A stretch of 64,000 nt of DNA from Sulfolobales archaeon HS-7 (GTDB lineage: Archaea > Thermoproteota > Thermoprotei_A > Sulfolobales > Sulfolobaceae), in the NCBI GenBank assembly GCA_019704295.1, contig AP024596.1, positions 832,001-896,000 of the forward strand. The letters are read 5' to 3'. The position numbers and the translations under genes are program-made. Below, piece after piece: positions 44,253 to 55,675 of the stretch. Numbering within the stretch: position 1 is the first letter of the stretch; every line of letters starts with the position of its first letter. The notes under the pieces are model-generated. The model was not told the origin of the DNA. It saw only the letters and a list, made by a program, of their open reading frames with translations, and did no database searches.

Positions 44253-45968
44253 TCACTTCAATAAGGTCGGACGCTGAGTTTCTACATCTTCTCTTATCCT
44301 ACTTAGTAACTCTTCTACTTTCTTATCGAAATCGGATTCCAATTTGTTAAATAACGGTTTGTATTTACCTATTTTATTTCCAGATGGTAGGTCGCTATCT
44401 ATTGCCCAATTCCAATTATACTCCTCTATAAGTCCTAGGCCAAGCATATTGAATATTTCTTGTGAGGAAGTAGGTAAGATTGGATAAAGGGATAATGCCA
44501 TGACCCTTATAATTAGAAGGGCTATGTAAATTACGTTACCGGCCTCTTCTTTTGAAGCTTTAATTATATCCCACGGTTTTCTGTCGTTCAGATAACCATT
44601 TCCCAATCGCGCTAGTTCTAATATGTTCTCACTTGCCTGTTTAAGAAGGGCTTTTTCGTAATCCTCGGTGATCTTTGTGTATATTTCTGGAATTTTTTCC
44701 ATGACTTTTTTGTCTGTGTCGTTAAGCTTATCCTTATGTAGGACAGGAATCGCGTTATTGAAAAATCTATCTACAAGTGTAAGCACTCTTTGAACCAAGT
44801 TTCCTATGTCGTCGTTAAGCTCACTATTTATAATTCTCACTGCTTCTCTCCACGTGAAATTCATGTCCTTTTCCTCCGGTCTGTTTCTTATGAGCAGAAA
44901 TCTCCAGTACTCTGGTGGGAGTATTCTAGGTGCTTCATCAGCCCATATGCCAATCCTTCTACTTTTACTAAATTTCTGGCCCTCATATAGTAAATATTCA
45001 GTAGCAGCAATGTAGTTAGGAAGATTGTACTCTTTTCCCGAAGCCATAAGCATGGCAGGGAGTATTATTGCATGAAATACTATGTTATCCTTACCTAAGA
45101 AATAGTAGCTTTTAGTATCCTTTCCAAACCAAAATGATTTCCACTCATCTTTATTTCCCTGTTTAGCGAAGTATTCGATACTTGATGAGATATATCCTAA
45201 TAGGGCTTCAAACCAGACATATATCGTTTTTTCTTCTGCATCCTTAAACGGTGCAGGTATGCCCCATTTGTTATCTCGTGTCAGACTTCTAGGTTTAAGA
45301 CCCTCGTTTATCCAACTTAATGCAGTTGTTCTGACGTTCTTGGGTAGGTTATCGTTACTTTCTAACCAATGCCTTAACTTATCCTCTACAGAGGATAAAT
45401 CAAAAAACCATTGTTTAGTTTTAGTGAATATTGGCGCTTTGTTACATATAGCACACTTCGGATTTACTAAGGAGGATGGATTCAAGAGTCTACCACATTT
45501 ATCGCATTGATCACCTCTAGCATCTTCAAATCCACAGTAAGGGCAAGTACCTTTTATGAATCTATCGGGTAGGAATATTTTATCATAGCTACAGTAGGGA
45601 ATTACTTCCTCTTCTACTTTAATATACGATTCTAACTCTAAGAGGAAGCTTCTAACGAATTCCTTATGTGTCTGCGATTCCGTTCTGCTATAATTACTGA
45701 ATTGTATTTCCCATGAGTCAAATATACTTTTATCATACTCATGTGCCTGATCAGTAAGGCTTTTCGGTTCTACTCCACGCTTTCTAGCCTCTATCTCTAT
45801 TGGGGTTCCGTGTTCATCGCTTCCGCTTACGTAAATCACGTTTTCCTTTCCGTATTTGAGTTTAGCATACCTTGCCATCACGTCACCGGAGAGCAAGTGC
45901 AATATAGTTCCTAAATGAGGTACAGCGTTTACGTATGGCCACGCCGAGGCAACAATTACTTTTGTCAT
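44253..45968 (-). CDS. metG: Methionine--tRNA ligase
   Basis: AWPYVNAVPHLG, GSDEHG, zinc knuckles and KFSKS. The likely start is MTKVIV at 45968, because the longer ORF would overlap priL. Confidence 0.96.
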   Translation of the reverse strand: MTKVIVASAWPYVNAVPHLGTILHLLSGDVMARYAKLKYGKENVIYVSGSDEHGTPIEIEARKRGVEPKSLTDQAHEYDKSIFDSWEIQFSNYSRTESQTHKEFVRSFLLELESYIKVEEEVIPYCSYDKIFLPDRFIKGTCPYCGFEDARGDQCDKCGRLLNPSSLVNPKCAICNKAPIFTKTKQWFFDLSSVEDKLRHWLESNDNLPKNVRTTALSWINEGLKPRSLTRDNKWGIPAPFKDAEEKTIYVWFEALLGYISSSIEYFAKQGNKDEWKSFWFGKDTKSYYFLGKDNIVFHAIILPAMLMASGKEYNLPNYIAATEYLLYEGQKFSKSRRIGIWADEAPRILPPEYWRFLLIRNRPEEKDMNFTWREAVRIINSELNDDIGNLVQRVLTLVDRFFNNAIPVLHKDKLNDTDKKVMEKIPEIYTKITEDYEKALLKQASENILELARLGNGYLNDRKPWDIIKASKEEAGNVIYIALLIIRVMALSLYPILPTSSQEIFNMLGLGLIEEYNWNWAIDSDLPSGNKIGKYKPLFNKLESDFDKKVEELLSRIREDVETQRPTLLK

Positions 45969-46008
45969 CTTAATATGCCAGAGTAGATGATAATATATAA
46001 ATGAAACT

Positions 46009-46896
46009 ATGGTTATCGATTTAGCGAAATTCCCATTTCTGAAAAGATTAGACGAATACCTGGACAGCAAGGGCTATGTAGGGGTCCCTATCAATACCGT
46101 TCTAACCGACGAGAAATACCTTTCACAGGCTATTGACAGACTTAAGCGTTTCTTTACGGAGAACTCGCTCAAATCTTATTCGGATTATACTGATCCAGTT
46201 ATCGTATTTTACACGATAATAGCCATACTCCCCTATATAGAGAATAAACTATTCGCAGAACGCTATTTAAAGGCAGAGGAGGAGATGTTCACTAAGCTTT
46301 TGTCAGATATAGAGGAAGAGGAGCTGGCCGAAATTATAAGATTTCTTCGGTTGGATTTTGAGTATAAAAATGATAGATTTTATATTAATTTTATAAAATT
46401 TTTAAAGATGCCAAGACCCGAGGGAATGAATTTATCTAATATGACTAAAGGAGAAGTTGTTCTTAGTAAAAACGAGGTAGCAAAAATTATAGCCCATAAC
46501 GTAGTTGAGTTCATGAAAAGGGGATTCGAACCAAGATTAGACTTGCCATTACCAATTAAAATTGAATTAAACAAACAACTTAGCGAGGTAAGGAATGTCC
46601 CTCCATGTATCGAATCCCTCATTAATAAATCGAAAAACAGTATGCTTAGTCAATTGGAGTTGGAGGTCCTCTTATCATATTACTATTCCATTGGCAATTC
46701 TCCCTCTTATGTTAAAGAAGCGCACAGAAATCAGGATCGTAAACTTATTAATATGTTTTATAGGAAGATATTAAGTTCTAAAAACAAATTTATCATGTAT
46801 AATTGTTCTTTCATAAAACAAAATGGACTATGCGTATTTGATTGTAACGTGAGAAACCCTCTGCAGATATATTTCTCTAGGCATACTTCTAGGTAA
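46009..46896 (+). CDS. priL: DNA primase large subunit
   Basis: LAKFPFL, PPCI and YNCSFIKQNGLCVFDCNVRNPL Fe-S motif. Confidence 0.88.
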   Translation: MVIDLAKFPFLKRLDEYLDSKGYVGVPINTVLTDEKYLSQAIDRLKRFFTENSLKSYSDYTDPVIVFYTIIAILPYIENKLFAERYLKAEEEMFTKLLSDIEEEELAEIIRFLRLDFEYKNDRFYINFIKFLKMPRPEGMNLSNMTKGEVVLSKNEVAKIIAHNVVEFMKRGFEPRLDLPLPIKIELNKQLSEVRNVPPCIESLINKSKNSMLSQLELEVLLSYYYSIGNSPSYVKEAHRNQDRKLINMFYRKILSSKNKFIMYNCSFIKQNGLCVFDCNVRNPLQIYFSRHTSR

Positions 46897-46915
46897 AAAT
46901 TGGGAATTACAATAC

Positions 46916-47272
46916 TTATTTTTTTGATGCACTCTTTGCTTTATCTTCTTTAAGTTTTTTTATGTACTCTATCATGTAGTCTATATCGTCTAAACTTTCG
47001 CTTTCCTTGAGCCAAAGGAGCCCACCCACGGCATCTACTATTTCTCCTTTAATTTTTAGCTCCTGAACTTTATTTTTCCAGTTCTGTATAAGCTTTGTAA
47101 TTATTAGTAGATATATATCTCCAGTAACTCTTTGGTGTATCTTTCCCCAGAATAAATCACCATAGGAATACTCTGCTTCTTTTGCGAAAGGTTTACCTCC
47201 TGGCCTTTCAGAAACGTCTATTATTTGAGATATACTTAACCCTTTTGATGAAGCGGTTTGGAATACATCCAT
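46916..47272 (-). CDS. Hypothetical protein
   Basis: 118-aa ORF directly following the AIP synthase gene. Confidence 0.7.
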   Translation of the reverse strand: MDVFQTASSKGLSISQIIDVSERPGGKPFAKEAEYSYGDLFWGKIHQRVTGDIYLLIITKLIQNWKNKVQELKIKGEIVDAVGGLLWLKESESLDDIDYMIEYIKKLKEDKAKSASKK

Positions 47273-47273
47273 A

Positions 47274-47846
47274 CTAATGTATAGCCTTAACTCCTAATAA
47301 AATTCGCTGAACAACAGTTGCGCAACTTAGTATTACGAAAATATAAAGTACAGGCAACGTAGCCGGTAGAAAGAGTAAATAAAGAACAACTATTATAACA
47401 ACGAATAGTAACCTTTCACCTCTTTCAACTATCCCCTTACCTTCTAATGCGACCCCTAAGGACTCAGCCTTTGCCCTCACATATGAGATTATTACGGAAG
47501 TCCCTGCAAGTAATATTAATAATAATGGTGGAAGACCTAGGAAGAATAGTCCTGTAACGTAGGAGAGATCCTCTATTCTATCGGAAACTGAATCCAGGAA
47601 ACTACCTTTCTTTCCTGCCTCTTTCCTAATCCTGGCAACTTCACCATCAAATGCGTCGAAAAGGCTTGCAACTACAACGATAATGATGGCTTCAACGTAA
47701 AATTTAAAGTAGATAAAGGCGGGAAATGTTAGGGATAGAACTAATCCTGTTAGGGTGAGCGAATTTCCAGTTATCCCATTTTTCGCCATGACTTCTGCTA
47801 CTGGTCTTAATAACGATTTAGAGAGTCGTCTTAGTCGCGTAATCAT
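47274..47846 (-). CDS. pgsA: Archaetidylinositol phosphate synthase (CDP-alcohol phosphatidyltransferase)
   Basis: DAFDGEVAR...GSFLDSVSDR and SYVRAKAE...ERGER. Confidence 0.88.
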   Translation of the reverse strand: MITRLRRLSKSLLRPVAEVMAKNGITGNSLTLTGLVLSLTFPAFIYFKFYVEAIIIVVVASLFDAFDGEVARIRKEAGKKGSFLDSVSDRIEDLSYVTGLFFLGLPPLLLILLAGTSVIISYVRAKAESLGVALEGKGIVERGERLLFVVIIVVLYLLFLPATLPVLYIFVILSCATVVQRILLGVKAIH

Positions 47847-47901
47847 AGGTTTTTACACTAAAGTTTTAAATTAATGTTTTCCTCTTACCTCATGATGTAA
47901 G

Positions 47902-48243
47902 ATGGAAGCTAAAAGATTGATATTAGTTTCGTCAACATCTCATCCGCTTGATAAGGTTTTTGAGGAAATAGCTGATGAGATATCACAGGAAAGAGGAATT
48001 AAGAAGGAGAGGAAGGAGGAAGACTACTCATTTCTATCTGATTATGGTGAAAAGGATGAATATAACATGCCTTGGTTACCACAGCTTTTAGTTGAGTTCG
48101 ATGATGGTTCGATTAAACCTATATTAACTCGGGCTATAATTGACGAGAACAGTTACAAACCAGATAAGGATTTAATGAAAAAGGAAGCACTTAACAAGAT
48201 TAAAAAACTCTCAGATAAAAAAGAAGGTAGTGATAACGCTTGA
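47902..48243 (+). CDS. Hypothetical protein (possibly thioredoxin-like fold)
   Basis: 113-aa ORF with YGEKDEYNMPWLPQL; coupled to the next gene. Confidence 0.7.
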   Translation: MEAKRLILVSSTSHPLDKVFEEIADEISQERGIKKERKEEDYSFLSDYGEKDEYNMPWLPQLLVEFDDGSIKPILTRAIIDENSYKPDKDLMKKEALNKIKKLSDKKEGSDNA

Positions 48244-48731
48244 CATCTTATCCCTCAGTTCCTTATGTTCCAACTCCAGATCCAGTAGTGAAAATAATGC
48301 TGGAGAAAGCTAAAGTGGGGGAAGGCGATATAGTATACGACTTGGGTTGTGGAGACGGAAGAATTGTAATAACTGCAGTGAAAGAATTTAATGCAAAAAG
48401 GGCTGTATGTATAGAAATTAATGATGAAAGGATTAATGAGACGAAAAAAAACATAGAAAAGAACGGCTTAGTGGGAAGAGTTGAAGTAAAAAAGGCAAAT
48501 TTCTTTGATGCGGACCTATCTGAAGCTACTGTTCTTACTATGTTTTTACTGGCAAACGTTAACGATCTTCTTAGACCGAAACTGGAGAAAGAGTTACGCC
48601 CAGGAACGCGTATAGTTTCACATGAATTTGAGATGCGTAATTGGAAACCAAAGGAGGTAGTACAAGTAGAAGACGGAAGTATGAGACATACAGTTTATCT
48701 GTATATTTTAGGCGGTGAGGCTCATGACTAA
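48240..48731 (+). CDS. Protein-lysine N-methyltransferase (aKMT-like)
   Basis: VPYVPTP, YDLGCGDGRI and GTRIVSHEF. Confidence 0.88.
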   Translation: MTSYPSVPYVPTPDPVVKIMLEKAKVGEGDIVYDLGCGDGRIVITAVKEFNAKRAVCIEINDERINETKKNIEKNGLVGRVEVKKANFFDADLSEATVLTMFLLANVNDLLRPKLEKELRPGTRIVSHEFEMRNWKPKEVVQVEDGSMRHTVYLYILGGEAHD

Positions 48732-49152
48732 AACCTTGATAATAAAATCGGAAAGAGGTTCTATATCTAAACAAGAGGTTAAGGAGGGCGACTATAGAAA
48801 AATTGTGAAAGATATTGCCATGGAAGCGATAAATGAATGGACAGATATGTCTGATTTTTACATTATGAAGGATGTACAAGAGTTTAGGAGAAAAGGACCT
48901 TTAGACAGTAAAACATATGAAGAGGTTAAGGACTTTCTAGGAGGGAGGGAAAATCAAGAAATTATAATCAAGTTGCCCCTCTTTTATATTAGCTTCGAGA
49001 ATCTCTGGATCGATAACGATACTCAGGATCTAAGGGTTTATATCGTTACACCCTATATAGGAGAAGACATTAAGAGTGAACTCTTAGAGCTAGCTACTGA
49101 AGCTACTAAAATGGATAAAAATAGGGCATCCGAAGAACTGGAAGAAGAGTAG
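48724..49152 (+). CDS. Conserved crenarchaeal protein (DUF2286-like)
   Basis: GGTGA SD 5 nt before ATG 48724; SDFYIMKD and LPLFYISFEN. Confidence 0.65.
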   Translation: MTKTLIIKSERGSISKQEVKEGDYRKIVKDIAMEAINEWTDMSDFYIMKDVQEFRRKGPLDSKTYEEVKDFLGGRENQEIIIKLPLFYISFENLWIDNDTQDLRVYIVTPYIGEDIKSELLELATEATKMDKNRASEELEEE

Positions 49153-49377
49153 AACTGAGTTAATTAAACCTTGTTGACAGGATTTGTAATTACTCGGCTC
49201 ACTCTGCTTATAATGGTACATCTAGAGTCACTAGAATAGTTGAGACTCTGAATGTCTTATCCAATGTTAAGACGATCAATAGAATACCTAAAAAATAATC
49301 ATCCCCAATTTTCGAAACATTAAAACGCTATCGTCCAGTGTTAGAATCCACTTGACGTTACCTCGTTAGTCATAAGG

Positions 49378-49745
49378 AAAAGTGATCAATATATAAATAT
49401 TATTTTAAAAGTTAAATTTCTAGTTATTAGGAATAACGTGGCTTATAATCCTCAATCTTGACGATAATATAGATAGTCTACCAGAGATTAGACATACTCT
49501 CTAATATCCTAGACTACAACATCTGGCGGTTTAGGACTTGCAGTTAACCTAAAATCGTCATGCTGGAGAGGCCTCATCCTCAGTTTAGATTCTGAAAAAT
49601 TACGCGAAAACTTGCTATAGTTCTCAATAAATTGATTTTATATAATTATTTTATGTAATTATACGAATTTAGTTCTAAATAGACGTATTTTATAACCTTT
49701 ACTTTATCAAGTTAATAATATTAGTGAGTCTCTCTATGTCTATCG
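49378..49745 (+). mobile_element. Decayed MITE of the ISC1217-like family
   Basis: TCTGGCGGTTTAGG and GACGTATTTTATAAC shared with the 18958-19321 MITE (reverse complement) and the IS right end; similar length. Confidence 0.7.
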
Positions 49746-49941
49746 TTAAAACATTAACTAACTAACTCATGTTAATAGATCCTTCATATAGCCTATTGGA
49801 ATTAAAAATAATCAAACCACCTTGTAGTAAATATTGTAAAGTCACAAGAAACTCAAGGAAATTCTTACGAAAAACTTGTCATTTATGTTCCCATTTAACC
49901 ATAGATATGATTTTAGAAACAAGAGGCATATTTGACTTCTA

Positions 49942-52587
49942 TCAACTAAAAAAGTTTTCTATCCTTGTCACTGATTCTATTTCGTCCCAGCTTACATCAA
50001 AGGCAAGCAACAGTTGTTCGAAAGTACTTCGTATAGTTTCCACGTACTTTGGAATATCCACTTCAGGCAATTTGCTTAGTTGTACGGGTTTTACTCCTTC
50101 TTTCCCCTTAACTTTAACGAATGAGATAATATCTCTAGGCATTACTTGAACATTTTCCTTTATTAGCATCTGTGCCGCCTTTACATGCTGGGGCGTGTTT
50201 TTATCATATGAATCAACCTTTTTGGAAAGCATAACCTTGAAAGCTAGCTCATCTAGGTTGAAGTCCTTATTCTTTAGTCCATTGTATAGTCCCTTGATCT
50301 TACTTGTTATCTCCTTTCTTACTTTGGGAATATCGTCTTCTGATTGCATATTCGAAAGCGTGTCTTTTACTTGCAGGAAAGCCTTTCTTACAAACTCTGG
50401 TGTATTACGCTTTTTCGCTAACATCCCTTTTATTTCGGCCTTACCATCAGGATATACCCCGAAATAGTTCTTTTTGAGTCCGGGAAAAGCAATTAGTTTG
50501 TAGGTTTTATCTACTTCTAAATCTAACGAGTATTGTTTCTTTACCCAGTTTATTAATTGTTCTAATATTTGGCTTTGAGGATTATATATGAATAACGAAT
50601 CCGTATCACCGTAGAGGACTCTTAGACCCAGTTCCCTAGCGTAGTTTGATGTCGTCGTTATTACATATCTTCCAATAGCCGTGGTACTTTCAGCTACTGC
50701 AGGAGCATACAAAGGGAAAGTTTCCGCGCCAAACACTCCATACGTTGCATTAATGAAAACTTTCATTGCACGTTGAACTACATCATAATATTCCTTTAAT
50801 TCCTTGTCTTTGGCGCTCTTTGCTTTCTTCTTATATATTTTTACTCTAAAATCCCTCAATAGTCCGGTGATAACTGCTGTTATTCCTGGTCTATCAAAAC
50901 ATACTCTGTGTATGATCTCACCCGTTTCATCAGCAATATCCTTTATCTCTTTACAATTCTCCTTATCCACTGTCTCGTAGCTTAAATTCCAGTTCTTTAT
51001 GATGGAAGGATATAGGGAAGCGAAATCTAGCACTGTTACATTAAAGAAGACTCCCTTAGGTGGTTCGATAACTACTGCTCCTTTATATCCCTTTCCTTTA
51101 ATTATAGATTTAGTTCTCTTTATCGAAGTTTTTTGTGCTATCTCCTCTTTTAATGGAATTAGCCAGTTTCTTTGCCGATGTTCCCAGTAGTAGAGGTTTC
51201 TTACCCAGGATGAAATCTCTTTTCTAGTCAGATCTTCAATACCTAATTTTGAGATCCTTGCAAATATCACCATTAGTTTCCATACTAAGTTGTTATTCTC
51301 TGCAACGAGTCTTAGAGTTATTTCAGCGTCCCTGAAGTTGTACTCTATTAGTTTACTCTGTTCAAGCTGTGTTACCGTATCATCTATCTTCACTTTTGAC
51401 ATTCCTAATAACGCCTGAGATATGGCGTCAAGTGTATACTCGTTATATTTTCCTTCGAAAGCGTAGTTCTTTACTGCCTTATTAGTGAAAAATAAGTAAA
51501 GGTCTATGTGGATCGAATTTACGAAAGTTGTCTTTTCCTGTGTTATGGAAATCGGTATTTCTTCATCAGAAATACCAAGTTTTAAGCTCCTGTAAAATAA
51601 ATAGGGTATGTCAAAGTCATCTCCGTTGAAGGTTAGTATAACAGGATAGTCAGAAATTATCTCAAAGAACCTTTTCAACATTTCTCTCTCGCTATCGAAA
51701 AGCTGTACCTCTATATCGTTTAATTTATCTATCTTATTATAATTTCTATTTAATACGAGTACGACTTTTTTACCATCACTGGTAGCAATACCTATGCTTA
51801 TTACAGGAAGTTCTGCTTTTTCTGAATCAGGTACCCTTCCTTTAAAAAGCGTGAATACCTCTATGTCTATTGCTGCAATTTTAGGTGTGAAGACAGGTGC
51901 TTCGAAATATGGGTACCATTTCAATACCATTTCCTTCGTTACTTCATCCTCTCCAGAGAACGCTTTCAATACCTCATCCCTATCATTTTTAGTTAACTCG
52001 GGTATAGCAGGTCGGATTACCTCATGTTCAATTACATGTGGAAAACCTGGAATCAATCCTAAGTCATAGGCATAGTTATTGGCGTAATGTATATGAGCTT
52101 CGTATGCTTTTGGTACTACCTCCCGCATTCTAGCGACAGCTAGTGGATCCTTAGTTACAATTTTTGTTAGTGTTATTCTTTTCCCAGTATATGGATCTAT
52201 TTTTGAAACAGTCTCAAAATGATCAAACGAGTTATCCTTTACGATCTTCTGGATGTTCTTAACTTTCTCTAGTTCTAATTCTACTAGGAAATAAGGTTTA
52301 TGATTCGTTTTATCCTCGTAATATACTACGGAATTAGTTTCTGGATCAAAGAGCTTACATACAGCTTTTTGCTTACTCCCGTCGTAGTCGATTTGTATCA
52401 GGTAATATAGTTTCCCTTCTTCTGCAACTTTACTTTCTAACTGATGTTTCCCTTCATGATTACTTTTCTCTCTAATTTTAATTTCTGTATTCTCATCATT
52501 AATCTTTTCTTTATCTCTTTTGTCTTCATTTTCATTACTCTGTTTCGGTGAAGCAAAGTCAAATAGTGTTATTTGCTTTCCAGACAT
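49942..52587 (-). CDS. dpo1: DNA polymerase B1 (Dpo1)
   Basis: KQITLFDF N-terminus, Exo DIE and [30 protein letters not shown] and a C-terminal PIP box. Confidence 0.97.
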   Translation of the reverse strand: MSGKQITLFDFASPKQSNENEDKRDKEKINDENTEIKIREKSNHEGKHQLESKVAEEGKLYYLIQIDYDGSKQKAVCKLFDPETNSVVYYEDKTNHKPYFLVELELEKVKNIQKIVKDNSFDHFETVSKIDPYTGKRITLTKIVTKDPLAVARMREVVPKAYEAHIHYANNYAYDLGLIPGFPHVIEHEVIRPAIPELTKNDRDEVLKAFSGEDEVTKEMVLKWYPYFEAPVFTPKIAAIDIEVFTLFKGRVPDSEKAELPVISIGIATSDGKKVVLVLNRNYNKIDKLNDIEVQLFDSEREMLKRFFEIISDYPVILTFNGDDFDIPYLFYRSLKLGISDEEIPISITQEKTTFVNSIHIDLYLFFTNKAVKNYAFEGKYNEYTLDAISQALLGMSKVKIDDTVTQLEQSKLIEYNFRDAEITLRLVAENNNLVWKLMVIFARISKLGIEDLTRKEISSWVRNLYYWEHRQRNWLIPLKEEIAQKTSIKRTKSIIKGKGYKGAVVIEPPKGVFFNVTVLDFASLYPSIIKNWNLSYETVDKENCKEIKDIADETGEIIHRVCFDRPGITAVITGLLRDFRVKIYKKKAKSAKDKELKEYYDVVQRAMKVFINATYGVFGAETFPLYAPAVAESTTAIGRYVITTTSNYARELGLRVLYGDTDSLFIYNPQSQILEQLINWVKKQYSLDLEVDKTYKLIAFPGLKKNYFGVYPDGKAEIKGMLAKKRNTPEFVRKAFLQVKDTLSNMQSEDDIPKVRKEITSKIKGLYNGLKNKDFNLDELAFKVMLSKKVDSYDKNTPQHVKAAQMLIKENVQVMPRDIISFVKVKGKEGVKPVQLSKLPEVDIPKYVETIRSTFEQLLLAFDVSWDEIESVTRIENFFS

Positions 52588-52657
52588 AAGTAACATGTTG
52601 GTTGGAATTATATTTATAGAATTTGGTGACGCTAGTGTTTCTGGTAAGTTCGTAAAA

Positions 52658-52818
52658 GGGCAGTTCACGCGTTTATTACGAATTCAGTTTGTTTAGAAAA
52701 GTAGAATGAATTTAATTGAGTCCCATTGTATGGACTGTGGGGATTCGCACTCAATAATTTCCCCCATTTAATACTTATTTCCAATAATTACAGTTCGTAA
52801 TGCGAACCTGAATTGCCC
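52658..52818 (+). mobile_element. 161-bp MITE with ~25-bp imperfect TIRs
   Basis: GGGCAGTTCACGCGTTTATTACGAA ... TTCGTAATGCGAACCTGAATTGCCC; homologue at 29759. Confidence 0.8.
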
Positions 52819-52921
52819 TAGCAATTTTTCACACGTTAATGCGAACTCGTATTCAAATCATTCTATATTTCTAAATAAACTAAATTTATAATAAATATAA
52901 TAAATTATTATTGAAAAAAAA

Positions 52922-54301
52922 TTATTGTATTTCTAATTCTTCTACCTCTCTGGACGATACTTCCAACGGTCTATCCTTAGTCTCGGGAATTAACGCTAAG
53001 GTTATTATTGCTGATATTATTGCTAAAGCTCCTAAGAATCCCACAGCGAAGGATTCACCATAAGCTGCAAATAACGCTGGAAATACGAACGACGTCAAAC
53101 TTGCCCCCAGTCTACCAGAAGCTACCGTCAATGCCTGTACTGTACCTCTGACCTTGGTTGGCGCCAGTTCCACGCCCAACATACCAGAAGCGCTTATAGA
53201 TCCCGGTCCTGCCTGTTGAGCTAAATTCATTCCTCCGTATAGTATTAACGCTATAACCGGAGAGAACGCTACTCCTACCAAGTCCTTATATGCAGAGAAG
53301 GCGAAGAGGGATAGCGCCATTCCTACAAAACCCAGTACCTGCAAAGACTTCCTTCCAGTCCTATCTATAAGGGATAAAGCTATTATTCCTCCCGGTACTA
53401 CGAAAGCCCCTTCCATTATTAACTGGAACACACCGGAATTCACTCCCAAACTAGACGCTATTAACGACGGACCGAATAGTATTCCAGAGTAGGCTACTAT
53501 ATCAAACAGGAACCATAACACGCAAGCTGCGAGGAACTGTCTCCAGTACTTAGCAAAGTAAAATGAGAATGAGTTAGTATCCTTCAGGTTGGAGGCTACG
53601 TCAATAGTACTTCCTGAAACTTGCTTCACCACTTCCCTTAATTCTTGCACGTCGCCCTTGATCCTTCCTAGGAACCTCGCGGTTTCGGGGATCTTTCTCC
53701 TTAAATATATTACGGATACCGCAGGTACTGCGCCGGCGGCCAGAACTATTTTCCAAACGATCATAGGACTTAATCCTAAAGCTGAAAGACCTAGATATAG
53801 TATCGCAGCGAGAGTTGCTCCAAATCCCCAGAACAGCCCGAAACCGAGAGCTATTATCTTACCCCTATCCTTAGCATTCGAGTGTTCAGCCATTATCATC
53901 GGAGAGAGAACGTAGTCCGCGCCAACTCCGATTCCTAGTAAAAGTCTCACTATTATTAATTCCAGGGGAGTTGTTACAAAGGCTTGTAGAAGGGCTCCAA
54001 CTGTCATTAATGACACGTCAATACCGTAAAACGTTTTCCTCCCCTTATTTGCGAGAATTCCAAATATAATTGCTCCTACCGCAGCACCTATTAGTGCTGA
54101 ACCACTTATTAAGGAAGTGTATAAATCGTAGGATGGACTGCTCTTTGTTATTCCAAAACTTGAAAGCACAGTTAACAGCACTATACCTATAGATGATAAA
54201 TCGTATCCATCAGTGAAAACTCCCATACCGGTAGTTATCATCGATTTAAAGTGAAACCAACTAAGCTTCTTATCGTCTAAAGGTTTAAACGGGCTATTCA
54301 T
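52922..54301 (-). CDS. MFS transporter (phosphate:H+ symporter/sugar-porter-like)
   Basis: [29 protein letters not shown] and IPETK; about 12 TM helices. Confidence 0.88.
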   Translation of the reverse strand: MNSPFKPLDDKKLSWFHFKSMITTGMGVFTDGYDLSSIGIVLLTVLSSFGITKSSPSYDLYTSLISGSALIGAAVGAIIFGILANKGRKTFYGIDVSLMTVGALLQAFVTTPLELIIVRLLLGIGVGADYVLSPMIMAEHSNAKDRGKIIALGFGLFWGFGATLAAILYLGLSALGLSPMIVWKIVLAAGAVPAVSVIYLRRKIPETARFLGRIKGDVQELREVVKQVSGSTIDVASNLKDTNSFSFYFAKYWRQFLAACVLWFLFDIVAYSGILFGPSLIASSLGVNSGVFQLIMEGAFVVPGGIIALSLIDRTGRKSLQVLGFVGMALSLFAFSAYKDLVGVAFSPVIALILYGGMNLAQQAGPGSISASGMLGVELAPTKVRGTVQALTVASGRLGASLTSFVFPALFAAYGESFAVGFLGALAIISAIITLALIPETKDRPLEVSSREVEELEIQ

Positions 54302-54380
54302 TTTACTTCAAGCTAAATTTGGCTGTAAATATATATGTATTTTCAACTATTATCTATAGAGTTATACATAATGAAAAATA

Positions 54381-54449
54381 ATACTTAGTGTGGTATATAG
54401 TGCTATGATACTTAGTGTAGTATATAGTATGTTTGTCGTGCTACTTAGT
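54381..54449. repeat. 21-bp direct repeat with 27-bp period, upstream of the MFS gene
   Basis: ATACTTAGTGTGGTATATAGT (54381) and ATACTTAGTGTAGTATATAGT (54408), plus a partial TACTTAGT (54442). Confidence 0.8.
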
Positions 54450-54487
54450 ACTATGTAGATTATATAGAGGGTGATTCTGAGCTCTTT

Positions 54488-55516
54488 CGTGACAGTATTA
54501 AGTGTGCAATAAATGTAATCTAGTTTATTAAGTAGATTTTTATGAGAAAAATAAACACCAAGAACTCAACTAATTGAATAATACTTAAGGGGGGACTACT
54601 CGTAGGTTATACCACGGTAATCATTAACTAAGACCTAACCCCCCATGAGGCGCTACATGCTTCGCCTCTAACACGACTATAGGAACATGAGTCTCCAACG
54701 GTACCTAGATCAACGTTATGTTCCTTGACGTTCTTGCTCTTGGCAAACTTGCACCTCTTAAGACTAAACCATTGTAGAGACTGTTATTCTCATCCCTAGT
54801 GTAGCATGTTTTCCCGTGGAAACGTTGAGACACACATCTAGAGGCTTGTACCTGATCTCAGGGAAATTGATCCAAGAAGGAAACCTCATGAGGTACTTGC
54901 GTCTCTCCATGAGAGGAGAAGGGATCAACTCTTCTCCCATTTCCCGCGAAATTACGCCCTTAGGGGAGGTAGCTGGGGCAAGAAGTAGGGAAAACGCTGT
55001 TCTGAGGGAGGTGCTTCGCTTAGATCTCCTCAAGATCCTCATGGTTTGCAAGGTTAAGATAGTTCTAGCCAACGTTTCCGACTTTAAATCTCCCATCTGT
55101 AACGTGATCACGCTCGTGGACAGGGGGTTTGCGGAGAGAGGCAAGGTGATCAGAGTCAAGAGGGGCTTGGGAGTACTGGGAGGAGGTGCTCTCCAAAGCT
55201 TTCCTCATAACATGAGAGCCCACTAGAGGAGCATGAGGGGATTGAACGCCTTTGCCAACCTCCTGGGCCTAGCTTACAATATTTGGCGGTTTAGGCCCAT
55301 TAGTAAACCTTAAAATCTCCACTTAAAATCCCACTAGAGAAGCTCGTTTCCAACCTTGATTCTCGAAAGTTTCTAGATTAGTTGCGAGTAGTCTTGATAA
55401 ACTGACCTTTATTATTCGCTTTAATAATTAAGCGAATTAAATTCTAGACTTACGCGTTTCATAACTTTTTACTTTATTTAGTTATTCACTTTGGTTACAC
55501 ATTGGACACTGTAACG
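54488..55516 (+). mobile_element. ISC1217-like IS, copy 2, transposase pseudogene
   Basis: TIRs cgtgacagt... / ...ggacactgtaacg; 54642-55508 appears identical to 17364-18230. Confidence 0.85.
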
Positions 55517-55566
55517 TCAAACTCATGAAATAGCTATAAATGGGAAACAAATATATGATTTCAGAA

Positions 55567-55647
<81 letters not shown>

Positions 55648-55675
55648 TTAATATTTAGGAAATATACTTTCTGAC

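Noticed and set aside
45969-46070. N-terminal extensions of MetRS, AtpB, AtpA and PolB1 given by the ORF track
   Set aside because: Upstream alternative starts that overlap neighbouring genes or MITEs; downstream ATGs fit the SD position and family N-termini.
49158-49340. Fifth IS605-end-like element on the minus strand
   Set aside because: Only faint resemblance at both ends; too decayed to support by eye.
54381-54449. Mini CRISPR array
   Set aside because: Only two 21-bp units with a 6-bp gap, so no spacer-length unique sequences; no cas genes.
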